Source: Planctomycetota bacterium (lineage in GTDB: Bacteria > Planctomycetota > Planctomycetia > Pirellulales > UBA1268). From it: a stretch of 45,483 nt of DNA. Below are positions 1 to 9,957 of the stretch, one piece after another. Where the stretch lies: assembly GCA_003670865.1 (NCBI GenBank), contig QWQJ01000070.1, positions 1-45,483 of the forward strand, given 5' to 3'. Every line of letters begins with the position of its first letter. Within the stretch, counting starts at the first letter, position 1. The notes below the pieces were generated by a model. That model was not told the DNA's origin. It ran no database searches and worked only from the letters and a program-made list of their open reading frames with translations. A program made the translations under genes and the position numbers.

Positions 1-175
1 ACGTTGTCTCTCATCTTTTCCGTCAATCGATTACAGCGATCTCGACCGCCAGATACGATCCAGGCTCTGCTGGCCGTGGGGCTTTACCGGGCGATCCGCC
101 AGCTCGAGAGCACGCCGCTGTGAATAATTTGCCTCAGAGTTATTTTTGTCGCGAGTGGACTGCACAGCGGCCCAC

Positions 176-1015
176 TTAGAGCCACAGTTGCAATCGCCCG
201 TCGAGCATGTCAGGCAATCGCTTAGCAATGATGCGTCGAATGCGATCGTCGGTGTAACGCGTCGAGAAGTGCGTAGCAATCACAACCTCGTTGTGAAAAC
301 GATCGCGTCGCTCCAGCAGATCGTCCAAGTGCATGTGGCCAAACTTATGGATCTTTTCCTGGCGATGATTCTGGGCCACAAACGTCAGCTCTGTGATCAA
401 GATCATGGCCTCAAACATGGCCGGACAGTCATCAAGGCCCTGCGGCGAACTGTCGCCCAAATAGGCCACCAGCGGTGCCCGCATCTCGTGCGTCACATCG
501 ACGCCAGACATCCGCAGGTCGCGAATTCTGTCCCCCGGCAATCCGACATACTCCGGCTTGAGTTTGCGACGCCGCTCCCAAACCACATAGCCGACGCTCG
601 GCAGCGTGTGGCAGGTGTTGGAGACAGTCACAAGGTGTTCGCGGGAGAGTTCAATCTCATCGCCTGCGCGAGCGGGCACCAGCGTGCAAGGCAGGCGGCC
701 GCGATCCAGCCGCGAGACAGCCTTGAGCAATTTTTCAATCGGTTCTATGGCCGACTCTGGCAGATAGATCGTGGGCGGCTCCATCTTCATCATCCGTCGC
801 CTAGCGACATAGACGGGCAAGGCCGCAATGTGGTCCAGATGCGTGTGGCTGATAAACCACGTGCTTGTTGCCATGAATCCCCAAGGCTGCGCACCCAGAT
901 CAAAACCCAGCTTGAGTTCTGGGATTCGCCAGTAGCTCTGCACGGCGGCCCGAGAATAGCCCTCAACGGTGAGTCCCTTGTGGACAAGGGTGCGGAGCGG
1001 AGCGTTCTCGATCAT
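176..1015 (-). CDS. MBL-fold metallo-hydrolase (RNase Z/BN-like)
   Basis: 279-aa ORF with an ATG at 1015. It carries the metallo-beta-lactamase HxHxDH motif '[12 protein letters not shown]' and a later 'HFS' His. It lies 19 nt downstream of scpA on the same strand. Confidence 0.8.
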   Translation of the reverse strand: MIENAPLRTLVHKGLTVEGYSRAAVQSYWRIPELKLGFDLGAQPWGFMATSTWFISHTHLDHIAALPVYVARRRMMKMEPPTIYLPESAIEPIEKLLKAVSRLDRGRLPCTLVPARAGDEIELSREHLVTVSNTCHTLPSVGYVVWERRRKLKPEYVGLPGDRIRDLRMSGVDVTHEMRAPLVAYLGDSSPQGLDDCPAMFEAMILITELTFVAQNHRQEKIHKFGHMHLDDLLERRDRFHNEVVIATHFSTRYTDDRIRRIIAKRLPDMLDGRLQLWL

Positions 1016-1034
1016 GCGGCCTCTCGGGACAGAG

Positions 1035-1838
1035 TCAATTCAAAGGCGGGGTGGACACGACAAGGTCAGGGACAAGCTCAAGCCAAATCTCAGCGAAGAG
1101 TTGCTCCTGCCGGGTAGATAGCTTTCCGCGCCGCACCAATTCCAAGACTGCCAGAAAAATACCCACGAGCTTTATGCGTGGCATATCCTCTTGGAAAAGC
1201 TCCGAGAAAGCGACCCTCCCCTTCTCTCGTACGAGCGATTCGACCCGGATGATGTGGACCTCGATCGGCGTGTCATCGTGGATGATCTGCCGCGGCCGCC
1301 GCTTCTCGCGTTGGCGAAGCACTCGCGACATCGCTCCCACAAGGTCCCACGCGTGCGCTTCGCCGATCAAGACCTCGGCGGGAGCCGCTCGCTGCACTCC
1401 TTCATCGACTGGCGTGCGGGCAAATCGTAATTCCCATTGCCGGGCGCGGTCCTCCAGCAGTGAGGCTGCGTCGCGATACTGTTTGTATTCCAGCAGTCGC
1501 TTGACGAGATCCTCGCGCACCAACTCCACCGGCTCCTCCGTCTCTTCGGGCCGAGGCACAAGCGCCCTGGCCTTAATTTCCAGAAGCACGCTTGCCAACT
1601 CGACAAACTCGCCAATCTGATCGATGGCCATGTCTTGCATCACATCGATATACGCCACAAATTCTTCGGCGATCTTTGCGATCGGCACTTCTGCCACATC
1701 GACCTCGTGTTTTTTGACGAGATAAAGCAACAGGTCCATCGGACCAGAAAAGAGATCGAGAGCAACTTTAAATTCCACTACTTGATACTCACTGACGCCT
1801 CGTGCGACACAACCGAGAAAGAGACTGACATTTGCCAT
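1035..1838 (-). CDS. scpA: segregation and condensation protein A (kleisin ScpA)
   Basis: The typical ScpA N-terminus is present: '[40 protein letters not shown]'. The full ORF runs to 1988 and would overlap the divergent HIT start by 8 nt. I therefore chose the ATG at 1838 (MANVS...); ATGs at 1871 and 1886 are alternatives. Confidence 0.8.
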   Translation of the reverse strand: MANVSLFLGCVARGVSEYQVVEFKVALDLFSGPMDLLLYLVKKHEVDVAEVPIAKIAEEFVAYIDVMQDMAIDQIGEFVELASVLLEIKARALVPRPEETEEPVELVREDLVKRLLEYKQYRDAASLLEDRARQWELRFARTPVDEGVQRAAPAEVLIGEAHAWDLVGAMSRVLRQREKRRPRQIIHDDTPIEVHIIRVESLVREKGRVAFSELFQEDMPRIKLVGIFLAVLELVRRGKLSTRQEQLFAEIWLELVPDLVVSTPPLN

Positions 1839-1980
1839 GCGGCGATGCTGTGTGTCAATGCCGAACACCATTTTCACTTTGTCCATCCCATCGCACCGTT
1901 CATGCCGGAGCCCTCGAGGAAAAGGTCTTTTGCCTCGCCAAAGTGTGCGGATTGCGATCTTTTGATTAGGATCGGTCCCC

Positions 1981-2535
1981 ATGAGCATCGAAACACTCTG
2001 GGCACCGTGGCGGCTGGGATATGTGCAGGGCCGCGACCGCGGTCAGCCATGCGAAATGGTTGCGCCGTCGGCGTGGCGTGACGGCGCCGATCAGGATTGT
2101 TTTCTCTGCCGAACTGCAGTGACTGATCGATCGCACGACCGCTCGCTGGGCGTGCTTGAGCGGACGCAAGAGAGCGTTGTTGTGATCAACCGTTTTCCGT
2201 ATTCTAACGGTCACCTTCTGGTGGCTCCCCTCGACCACTCGCCGTCGCTAACCGACCTGGCTTCCGAGCAACTTCTCGACTTGCAGCTTTGCCTAGCCCG
2301 CTGGTGCAGCATCCTCGAGCAGTCGCTAGAGTCGCAGGGGTTTAATATCGGGTTAAACGTTGGCGCTGTGGCCGGCGCGGGACTGCCGGGTCACCTGCAC
2401 TGGCATATCGTACCCCGCTGGAGCGGTGACATAAACTTCATGCCGACTGTGGCCGGGGCCCGGGTGCTGCCGCAGTCGCTCGACAGTCTCTGGGAACAGC
2501 TCTCTGAAAAGTTCACCACCGAATCCAGCAGATAG
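1981..2535 (+). CDS. HIT family nucleotide hydrolase/transferase
   Basis: 184-aa ORF with an ATG start. It has the histidine-triad motif 'HLHWHIVPRW' and the N-terminal 'LWAPWRLGYV' typical of the bacterial HIT branch. Confidence 0.85.
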   Translation: MSIETLWAPWRLGYVQGRDRGQPCEMVAPSAWRDGADQDCFLCRTAVTDRSHDRSLGVLERTQESVVVINRFPYSNGHLLVAPLDHSPSLTDLASEQLLDLQLCLARWCSILEQSLESQGFNIGLNVGAVAGAGLPGHLHWHIVPRWSGDINFMPTVAGARVLPQSLDSLWEQLSEKFTTESSR

Positions 2536-2580
2536 AGCCGCAGCTCGCCCTCAAAAACCACTCGCCGGAGGAGTCTTTTC

Positions 2581-3723
2581 ATGACCATCACGCCAGCCGA
2601 TTGGCAATCCCGTGAAGCCCTGATCCTGGCCCCCTGGGCCATGCACGCACATGCTTCCAGAGGCCGCGTCCATGCCGAGCAACCGCATCCCTTTCGCAGC
2701 CCCTACCAACGCGATCACGACAGAATCGTTCACTCGGCGGCGTTCCGCAGGCTGGCTCATAAGACGCAGGTTTTCACTGCCTATCCCGGCGACTACCACC
2801 GCAGCCGCCTGACGCACACACTGGAAGTGACGAGCATCGCCCGCACGCTGGCCAGAGCCTTATCGCTCAATGAAGACTTAGTGGAAACTCTCGCCCTAGC
2901 GCACGACATCGGCCATCCCCCACTGGGACATGCCGGCGAAGACACTCTGAATGAATTGCTGGCCGGTGAGGGCGGCTTCAACCACAATCGGCAAGCTCTA
3001 CGGATCATGGAGTTTCTAGAGACTCGCTACCCACAGTTTCCCGGCTTAAATCTTTCTCTGGAAGTGCTCGAGGCGCAGGCCACACGGAAACGCGACGGCA
3101 CAGCTCCGCCTCCCTTGCTCGAAACGCAAGTCGTCGATGCAGCCGACTCGATTGCCTACGACACCCACGATGCCGATGACGCCATTGAGCTAGGACTATT
3201 GACGCTGGACGAATTGATCGAGCTGCCGCTGGTGGCCGACGCGGCAGCCCGAGTTCGCGATCGCTATGGCTTACTCATTGGCGTGGAATTACGGCGGGCT
3301 GTGCTGCACGAGTTAGTTGATTTTCAAGTGGCGGAGCTTATCTCATGTGCTCGGATCACGCTGGCCGCAGAATCGATCAACTCCGTCGCGCTGGTCCGAG
3401 CATTCTTTACCACGTCCGCAAGCCCGGGAGGCGGGCGGATCGTGACCCCTTCTGACCTAGTGGCAACGGGGAAGCAGCAACTGGAACAGTTTCTTTTCCA
3501 GCGGGTCTACCGCAGCGAGCAGGTGATGAGGGTGCGAGTGGCTGTGCAGGACAAAATCAGCCGACTTTTTGGCTGGTATTGTCAACGTCCCGCTGAAATG
3601 CCGGCGGGCTACCGACAGCGAGCCCTTGACATGGGCGCGCCGAGAAGCGTGGCCGACTACATCGCCGGCATGAGCGATCGCTATCTCGACTGGGAGTATC
3701 AGCGTTGTCTCGGCGTCGGCTAA
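2581..3723 (+). CDS. dgt: dGTPase-like HD-domain triphosphohydrolase
   Basis: 380 aa. The motifs 'SPYQRDHDRIVHSAAFRRLAHKTQVF', 'SRLTHTLEV' and 'LAHDIGHPPLGHAGE' are the dGTP triphosphohydrolase-like HD signature. Confidence 0.85.
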   Translation: MTITPADWQSREALILAPWAMHAHASRGRVHAEQPHPFRSPYQRDHDRIVHSAAFRRLAHKTQVFTAYPGDYHRSRLTHTLEVTSIARTLARALSLNEDLVETLALAHDIGHPPLGHAGEDTLNELLAGEGGFNHNRQALRIMEFLETRYPQFPGLNLSLEVLEAQATRKRDGTAPPPLLETQVVDAADSIAYDTHDADDAIELGLLTLDELIELPLVADAAARVRDRYGLLIGVELRRAVLHELVDFQVAELISCARITLAAESINSVALVRAFFTTSASPGGGRIVTPSDLVATGKQQLEQFLFQRVYRSEQVMRVRVAVQDKISRLFGWYCQRPAEMPAGYRQRALDMGAPRSVADYIAGMSDRYLDWEYQRCLGVG

Positions 3724-3828
3724 CTCCCCAGTGGGCGGGTATGATAGACTTTTTTGGCAGTGAAAAACCCCAAAACCTTTCAGTCGCATGCTTCCTCACA
3801 CAATCTTCACACATAAATCCTTGCAACT

Positions 3829-4860
3829 ATGCATCACTTCCCTCTTTTGATCTTGCGGTCAGTTTTCTTGATGGTTTCCATCGGGATTGCCGTGCTGATC
3901 TTCAATTCTCAAGCCATGCAGGAAGCGCCGCAGTGGGTGCCATGGGTCGTGCTCAGCGGCATGGTCGCCCTGCCCCTGACGGTGATTGCCGTCGATGGAT
4001 CGATCCGCAAAAAAAATCTGGCGGTCATCACGGCGGTTTATTTCGGGCTCTTGATTGGTGTCTTTCTCAACTACATTGCCATTTTAGCCCTCACACCAAT
4101 TTTGCCGACAAGCCCTCGTGATCCCATAACGACCTGGCTGCCGCTGATTCTCGGTATGGTTTTTTGCTACATCTGCACGAGTCTCCTGATCCAGACTCGA
4201 GACGATTTTCGATTCCTCATTCCCTATGTTGAATTCGCCCGCGATGTGCAGGGCCTCCGCCCGAATATTTTAGATGCCAGTAGCGTCTTCGATGGCCGAA
4301 TTGCCGATCTGGCTGAAGCCGGCATCTTTGAAAGTCGGTTTGTCATGCCGGCGTTTGTTGTCGATGAAATCCAGGCGGCGGCTGATTCTTCCGAAAAACA
4401 GCGTCGCCTGCGGGGCCGCCGAGGCCTCGATATTCTGGCCCGTCTACAGGCTGGCAAATACATCAACATTGAAGTGCTCTCGACCGACGAACCCAATGGG
4501 AACGAATCGGCCGAATCACGGCTGGTGACAACGGCACAAAAACTTGACGGACGGATTATCACCGTCGATGCCGATCTCTTGAAAATTGCCAGTCTGAGGA
4601 AGGTGCTCGCGATCAACATCAATGATCTGTCGCTGGCACTCAAGCCGACATTTGTTGCGGGCGATCTGTTTGATGTGAAACTGACCCGGGCCGGCGACGA
4701 GACCGGCCAAGCCGTCGGCTATCTCGACGACGGCACAATGGTGGTAGTCGAAAATGCCCGCGAGCAGATCGGCCACAACCTTTCTGTGAGCGTGACAAGT
4801 ACGCTGCAAACCGCGGCCGGGCGATTGGTCTTTGCCAAACCAGAAGTCTCGCGAGCCTAA
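3829..4860 (+). CDS. membrane-anchored PIN/TRAM domain protein (YacL-like)
   Basis: 343 aa. About four N-terminal hydrophobic helices are followed by a PIN-like core ('ILDASSVFDGRIADLAEAG...VVDEIQ') and a C-terminal TRAM-like segment ('FDVKLTRAGDETGQAVGYLDDGTMVVVENA'). Confidence 0.75.
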   Translation: MHHFPLLILRSVFLMVSIGIAVLIFNSQAMQEAPQWVPWVVLSGMVALPLTVIAVDGSIRKKNLAVITAVYFGLLIGVFLNYIAILALTPILPTSPRDPITTWLPLILGMVFCYICTSLLIQTRDDFRFLIPYVEFARDVQGLRPNILDASSVFDGRIADLAEAGIFESRFVMPAFVVDEIQAAADSSEKQRRLRGRRGLDILARLQAGKYINIEVLSTDEPNGNESAESRLVTTAQKLDGRIITVDADLLKIASLRKVLAININDLSLALKPTFVAGDLFDVKLTRAGDETGQAVGYLDDGTMVVVENAREQIGHNLSVSVTSTLQTAAGRLVFAKPEVSRA

Positions 4861-4912
4861 ATCTTTCCCCCGTGAGAAACGCTGTGGGCCGACTGAGAAG
4901 GTATACTTTCTC

Positions 4913-7465
4913 ATGATGCACTTCGTACCATCATCGACGTTCGCTCGCCACCGGCTCACGCCGCTTGCCACGCTGAAATGCATTTTGTGCCGGGCGGAGC
5001 GAAGGACAGTCGGGCCGTATTGGGTCGTCTTAGCCCTGGGCATGAGCGGGCTCTTTTTCTGGCTGCCGAACCAGTTGGCATCGGCTTTAGAACCGGACCC
5101 GCCACATGCCATAGCTAGTGCCTCAGGAACCCCGCATCCCGGTCTTAACGTCTACCGCAACCACTGCCAACGCTGTCATGGCGAAAACGGCGGCGGCACA
5201 AAGGTTTTTGCCAAACCCCTTATAGGCGATCGTTCGATCTCCCATCTGGCCGCCTCGATTGACGAAACAATGCCCGAGGACGACCCCTCATTGGTCACGG
5301 GACTCGCCGCCCAGCAAGTCGCCGAATACATCCACGGCGCCTTTTACTCGGCTATCGCACAAGACCGCAATCGACCCGCCCGACTCGAACTCTCCCGGCT
5401 CACCGTGCGGCAATATCAAAACACCGTTGCTGACATCGTCGGCAGCTTTGGCCGTCGCGACCCGGGCATCCCAGCAGGCCGTGGGCTGCGTGGCGAATAT
5501 TTCCGTGGCCGTGACTTTAACAGGCTGTCCCGCGTGCTTGAGCAGATCGATCCGCAGGTGAGCTTCGACTTTCGCAGCGAGGGCCCTGATCCCGAGCGAT
5601 TCGAGCCCAACCGCTTTGCCATTCGCTGGACGGGGTCGATCGTGCCCCCTGAAACAGGCACCTATGAGTTCATCGTTCGCACAGAGCACGCCGTCAAACT
5701 CTTTGTTAACACCGCATCCTATGCATCGCCGCTGGTGGATGAGTGGGTTCAATCGGGGGACAGCCGCGAGCACAGAGGTTTTATTTTTCTCCTCGGCGGC
5801 CGTTTGTACCCCCTGCGGCTTGATTTTTCCAAAGCCAATCAGGGGATTGATAACACGCGTCATGAGCACCTCACGCAGGCGTCGATCGAACTCCTCTGGA
5901 AGCCGCCGCAGGGGGTTCTGGAAATCGTGCCGCAGCAGTGCCTGAGCCCCGTTGAAAGTCCGCCAACATTCGTCGTTCAAACGCCCTTTCCCCCTGACGA
6001 TCGTAGCATCGGCTACGACCGCGGCAGCAGCGTCTCAAGCGAATGGTTTGCCGCTACGACTGCCGCCGGCACCGAGACGGCCGATGGGGTGGTAAAACAG
6101 ATTGAGCACTTGGCCCATGTCAAACGAGATGCGGCGAATCGAGCCGAAGGACTCCAGAACTTTGCGGCAACATTTGCCGCTCGCGCGTTTCGCCGACCGC
6201 TTTCGGACGATCTTCGCCAACTGGTAGTCGATCGGCACTTTGCCACTGCCCCAGACATCGACACGGCACTCTTTCGCTCGCTGCTAGCGGTTCTCGGCTC
6301 GCCTCGATTTCTTTTTTGTGAGCCAGATTCGCGACAGAATCGATCAACTTCCGCTGAGAGTGCCTTGAAAATCTCTGCTTTCGAAACCGCCTCTCGACTC
6401 TCGTTTGGGCTCTGGGACTCCATCCCCGACGAGCCTCTCTGGCAGGCAGCCGAACAGAATCAGCTCGCCACCCCAGAGCAGGTGGCCGGGCAAGCGGAGC
6501 GGATGGTCAACGACCGTCGCACGCGGACCAAGGTTCGCGATTTTTTGATGGCGTGGCTCCGCGTTGATCACAACCCAGAAATCCTTAAGGACAAATCACT
6601 TTTTGTCACCTTCTCGCCGCAGATTGCCGCCGACATGCGTCGCAGCTTAGAACTCTTTTTAGATGATATTGTCTGGGGACCGGGCTCCGACTTTCGCCGA
6701 CTCTTCAGCGATGACGAGGTCTATCTCAACGGCCGTCTGGCGTCGCTCTACGGTGTCGCACTGCCGGCCGATGCGCCGTTTCAACGCATTCGGCTGGACG
6801 ATGGCAAGCGGGCCGGCCTGCTCTCGCATCCTTACATGATGAGCGTGCTGTCCTACGCAGGTTCCACGTCGCCGATTCATCGCGGCGTGTTCCTGGCCCG
6901 TAGCGTGCTGGGCAATGTGCTTCGACCCCCTCAGGAAGCCGTCTCGCCGCTGGCCCCGGAACTGCATCCCGACCTGACCACAAGGCAGCGAGTAGCCCTC
7001 CAGACAAGTGCCGTTGCCTGCCAAACCTGCCATACTTTGATCAATCCTCTGGGATTTGCCCTCGAGGAGTTTGACGGCATTGGTCGCTATCGCCGCACAG
7101 AACAAAAAGGGGGCCTTGAAAAACCGATCGAGCCCTCCGGCTCCTACCAGCCTCGCGCCGGAGGAATTGCCACATTCTCTGGTGCTCGCGAATTGGCAGC
7201 CTCTCTGGCAAACAGCCGCGATGCCCAGGAGGCCTTTGTCCAATCACTTTTTCACGCGCTGGCGAAGCAACCGGTGAGAGCCTGGGGCCCGGAGACGCTC
7301 GAGTCTTTGCGGCAATCGTTTGCATCACACGACTACAATATCCGGCACTTGCTGGTTGCCATCATGACCGTGGCCGCCACTCCCCCCGGCCCAGCCAGCC
7401 AAGGGGCCGAGCAAGCGGCTATCGAACTGATCCTACAGCCATCTCTCGCAGGCCCATTGCCATGA
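4913..7465 (+). CDS. DUF1592/DUF1588/DUF1585-family protein with N-terminal cytochrome c and PA14-like domains
   Basis: Haem-binding CxxCH '[10 protein letters not shown]' is present, with a PA14-like segment '[12 protein letters not shown]...[19 protein letters not shown]'. The C-terminal signatures are '[15 protein letters not shown]' and '[25 protein letters not shown]'. The track start at 4832 is TTG; I chose the first ATG at 4913, which is preceded by GAGAAGG. Confidence 0.8.
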   Translation: MMHFVPSSTFARHRLTPLATLKCILCRAERRTVGPYWVVLALGMSGLFFWLPNQLASALEPDPPHAIASASGTPHPGLNVYRNHCQRCHGENGGGTKVFAKPLIGDRSISHLAASIDETMPEDDPSLVTGLAAQQVAEYIHGAFYSAIAQDRNRPARLELSRLTVRQYQNTVADIVGSFGRRDPGIPAGRGLRGEYFRGRDFNRLSRVLEQIDPQVSFDFRSEGPDPERFEPNRFAIRWTGSIVPPETGTYEFIVRTEHAVKLFVNTASYASPLVDEWVQSGDSREHRGFIFLLGGRLYPLRLDFSKANQGIDNTRHEHLTQASIELLWKPPQGVLEIVPQQCLSPVESPPTFVVQTPFPPDDRSIGYDRGSSVSSEWFAATTAAGTETADGVVKQIEHLAHVKRDAANRAEGLQNFAATFAARAFRRPLSDDLRQLVVDRHFATAPDIDTALFRSLLAVLGSPRFLFCEPDSRQNRSTSAESALKISAFETASRLSFGLWDSIPDEPLWQAAEQNQLATPEQVAGQAERMVNDRRTRTKVRDFLMAWLRVDHNPEILKDKSLFVTFSPQIAADMRRSLELFLDDIVWGPGSDFRRLFSDDEVYLNGRLASLYGVALPADAPFQRIRLDDGKRAGLLSHPYMMSVLSYAGSTSPIHRGVFLARSVLGNVLRPPQEAVSPLAPELHPDLTTRQRVALQTSAVACQTCHTLINPLGFALEEFDGIGRYRRTEQKGGLEKPIEPSGSYQPRAGGIATFSGARELAASLANSRDAQEAFVQSLFHALAKQPVRAWGPETLESLRQSFASHDYNIRHLLVAIMTVAATPPGPASQGAEQAAIELILQPSLAGPLP

Positions 7466-8790
7466 CCCATCCCTCTTTCACTCGTCGCGACCTCTTGCGC
7501 CGGCTTGGAATCGGCCCGGCTATGCTGCCGTTTCTCAGTAATTTGCCCAGCGTGGCAGTGGCCAATCCGACAAAACACAGCCAGCGATTGATCATTGTCT
7601 TTAGCCCTGACGGCGTTGTCCGCAACAACTTTTGGCCAGCAAAGCCTGGGCCATTGGCGGGCCGAGAACTGCCGCCCATCCTCAAGCCCCTTGAGCCGTT
7701 CAAAGACAAAATCCTGACGCTCAAAGGCATTAACGACAAGGTGCAGGGCGACGGTGACCGCCACATGCGCGGCATCGGCTGCCTGTTGACAGGAATCGAG
7801 CTCTTTCCTGGTAATGTTCAAGGTGGCAGCGACACGCCGGCCGGCTGGTCCAGTGGGCTTTCAATTGATCAGGAAATTAAAAACTTTCTCCAGGAGCAGG
7901 CTGCCACGGCCACGCGTTTTGGTTCGCTGGAGTTTGGCGTGCTGGTGCCGAGTAAGGCTGACACATGGACGCGGATGATTTACGCTGGCCCCAACAAGCC
8001 CATCGCGCCGATCGACGACCCCTACCAGATGTTCAACAAGCTCTACGGCCAATTCAAAGACCGCCAGAGCATGCACAGCGTGCTTGATGATGTGGGTGAG
8101 GATTTGGCAACTCTCGCAGCATCGCTGCCGGCTGAAGACCGGCGGATTCTCGAAGAACACGCCTCGCTGGTGCGCGCGTTTGAAAAAGAACTCGCCACTC
8201 ATCATGTCGCGATGGCCCATGAGGTGCCGGTGCTGGAGCAGGGTGTTATCGAACACAACGATACGATGCCAATAATCAGCCGGATGCAGATCGAACTTAT
8301 CGTTGCTTCGCTGGCTGCTGATTTTACTCGGATCGCCAGCCTGCAATACACCAACTCCGTCGGTCAGCCTCACATGACATGGCTCGACATCAAGGAAGGT
8401 CAGCACGACCTCTCGCACGAACCCAACACGAACGTGGACGCGCAGCTAAAACTTACGAAGATCAATGCGTGGTATGCCGGAGAAGTGGCCCACCTCGCCC
8501 AGCGATTGGCCGACACTCCCGAACCGGGGGGCGATGGCTCGCTCCTTGACCACACCACCATCCTCTGGACCAACGAATTAGGAGAGGGCAACTCCCACTC
8601 TCTCGAAGACATTCCGTTGGTGCTGGTAGGTAATGGACTCGGCTGGGCAACCGGCCGCGCCGTGCAACTGCCAGGCGTGCCGCACAACAGGCTCCTTTTG
8701 TCGCTGGCCCACGCGATGGGCCAAAGCGATCTCAAACGCTTCGGTAACCCTGACTACTGCGGCGACGGTCCTCTGACAGGTCTCACCTGA
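7462..8790 (+). CDS. DUF1552 domain protein with Tat-type signal
   Basis: 442 aa. The twin-arginine-like N-terminus is '[15 protein letters not shown]'. Its ATG overlaps the upstream stop as ATGA at 7462-7465, the classic partner arrangement with DUF1592 proteins. Confidence 0.8.
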   Translation: MTHPSFTRRDLLRRLGIGPAMLPFLSNLPSVAVANPTKHSQRLIIVFSPDGVVRNNFWPAKPGPLAGRELPPILKPLEPFKDKILTLKGINDKVQGDGDRHMRGIGCLLTGIELFPGNVQGGSDTPAGWSSGLSIDQEIKNFLQEQAATATRFGSLEFGVLVPSKADTWTRMIYAGPNKPIAPIDDPYQMFNKLYGQFKDRQSMHSVLDDVGEDLATLAASLPAEDRRILEEHASLVRAFEKELATHHVAMAHEVPVLEQGVIEHNDTMPIISRMQIELIVASLAADFTRIASLQYTNSVGQPHMTWLDIKEGQHDLSHEPNTNVDAQLKLTKINAWYAGEVAHLAQRLADTPEPGGDGSLLDHTTILWTNELGEGNSHSLEDIPLVLVGNGLGWATGRAVQLPGVPHNRLLLSLAHAMGQSDLKRFGNPDYCGDGPLTGLT

Positions 8791-8873
8791 CCGTACAAGA
8801 ATGCTGCGGGTTGCCGCTTGATTGAGCCCAGTGCATACTTTTTCGGCCCCTTCACCCTCTTTGGAGACTTTGT

Positions 8874-9929
8874 ATGATCGCGATTTCGTCCCGCACTCGA
8901 ACCCCTTTTACGATCCTCGCCGCACTGATTTTTCTTTGTGCAGGCAACCTTTCGCTAAGCGTCGATACGGCCAAGGCAGCTGGTCCAACTTTTGCAGATC
9001 CCGCAAACACAGACGATGACTTTCCGATTCAGGGGGAATATGTCGGAGAAGTCAAACACGATGGCCAGCCCGTCCGATACGGAGTTCAGGTGATCGCCCT
9101 AGGCGACGGAAGGTTTGATGCCGTCGGCTATCCGGGTGGGTTGCCAGGCGCTGGCTGGACCCCGCCCAACAAAATCTCTGGTAAGGGCCAACGCGAAGGC
9201 AATGGCGCTGAGGCTATTGTGAAACTGGAGGGCATCGACTGGGGCGGTGCAACGCGAAAAGGGGAAATTCGTCAGGGTGCGATTGTCGTACTCTCCGAGA
9301 GCGGCGAAGAAATTGCTAAGTTGCCAAAAGAAAAACGGGTCAGCCCCTCGCTCGGCAAGAAGGCCCCCGAGGGGGCTGTCGTCATTTTTGACGGCATGGG
9401 CACTAGCACCGATACAGCCAAGTTGGCTGATGGCCGCGTCAGCGAAGACGGCCTCTTGATGCAAGGCGTAACAACAAAAGACGCGTTTGGCGATGCTCTA
9501 TGGCACATTGAATTTCGTTTGCCCTATCAGCCCAAGGATCGGGGGCAGGGTCGCGGCAACAGCGGTGCCTATGTTCAAGGCTGCTACGAAGTCCAGATGC
9601 TCGACAGCTTTGGCCTCAATAGCAAGCAGGATGATTGCGGCGCCGTCTATTCTGTGGCCGCACCCAGCCTCAACATGTGCCTGCCACCACTGGAATGGCA
9701 GACATACGATATCGAGTTCACGGCACCACAATTTGACGGGGATACAAAAACGACAAACGCACGGATGACCGTGCGGCACAATGGAGTTGTGATTCAGGAA
9801 AATGTCGAAGTTTCCAAGATCACTCCCGGCGGCCCTCAGAATCAGATGAAGCCCCTCGGGCCGCTCTATTTACAAAACCACGGTAACCCTGTCCGCTACC
9901 GTAATATCTGGGTGCTCCCAAAGTCTTGA
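8874..9929 (+). CDS. DUF1080 (3-keto-disaccharide hydrolase-like) secreted protein
   Basis: 351 aa with a signal peptide ('ILAALIFLCAGNLSLSVDTAKA'). The C-terminal half, 'WHIEFRLPY...GNSGAYVQGCYEVQMLDSFG...LYLQNHGNPVRYRNIWV', matches the DUF1080 jelly-roll pattern. GGAGA lies 6 nt upstream of the ATG. Confidence 0.75.
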   Translation: MIAISSRTRTPFTILAALIFLCAGNLSLSVDTAKAAGPTFADPANTDDDFPIQGEYVGEVKHDGQPVRYGVQVIALGDGRFDAVGYPGGLPGAGWTPPNKISGKGQREGNGAEAIVKLEGIDWGGATRKGEIRQGAIVVLSESGEEIAKLPKEKRVSPSLGKKAPEGAVVIFDGMGTSTDTAKLADGRVSEDGLLMQGVTTKDAFGDALWHIEFRLPYQPKDRGQGRGNSGAYVQGCYEVQMLDSFGLNSKQDDCGAVYSVAAPSLNMCLPPLEWQTYDIEFTAPQFDGDTKTTNARMTVRHNGVVIQENVEVSKITPGGPQNQMKPLGPLYLQNHGNPVRYRNIWVLPKS

Positions 9930-9957
9930 GGCAACGGACCTGAGGCAAGATCTTTTC

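Noticed and set aside
1-123. Possible 3' end of a + strand gene entering the window (…DTIQALLAVGLYRAIRQLESTPL, stop at 121-123), followed by an AATAA-N12-TTATT hairpin plus a T-run
   Set aside because: Only 40 codons are visible and no motif is recognisable. A competing minus-strand ORF (31-279) exists, and the hairpin stem is AT-only. The evidence is insufficient to call a feature.
146-1117. 323-aa + strand ORF
   Set aside because: It is entirely antisense to the well-supported MBL hydrolase and the 3' end of scpA. The sequence is low-complexity and Arg/Ala/Gln-rich with no recognisable motif, which is typical of a GC-rich shadow ORF.
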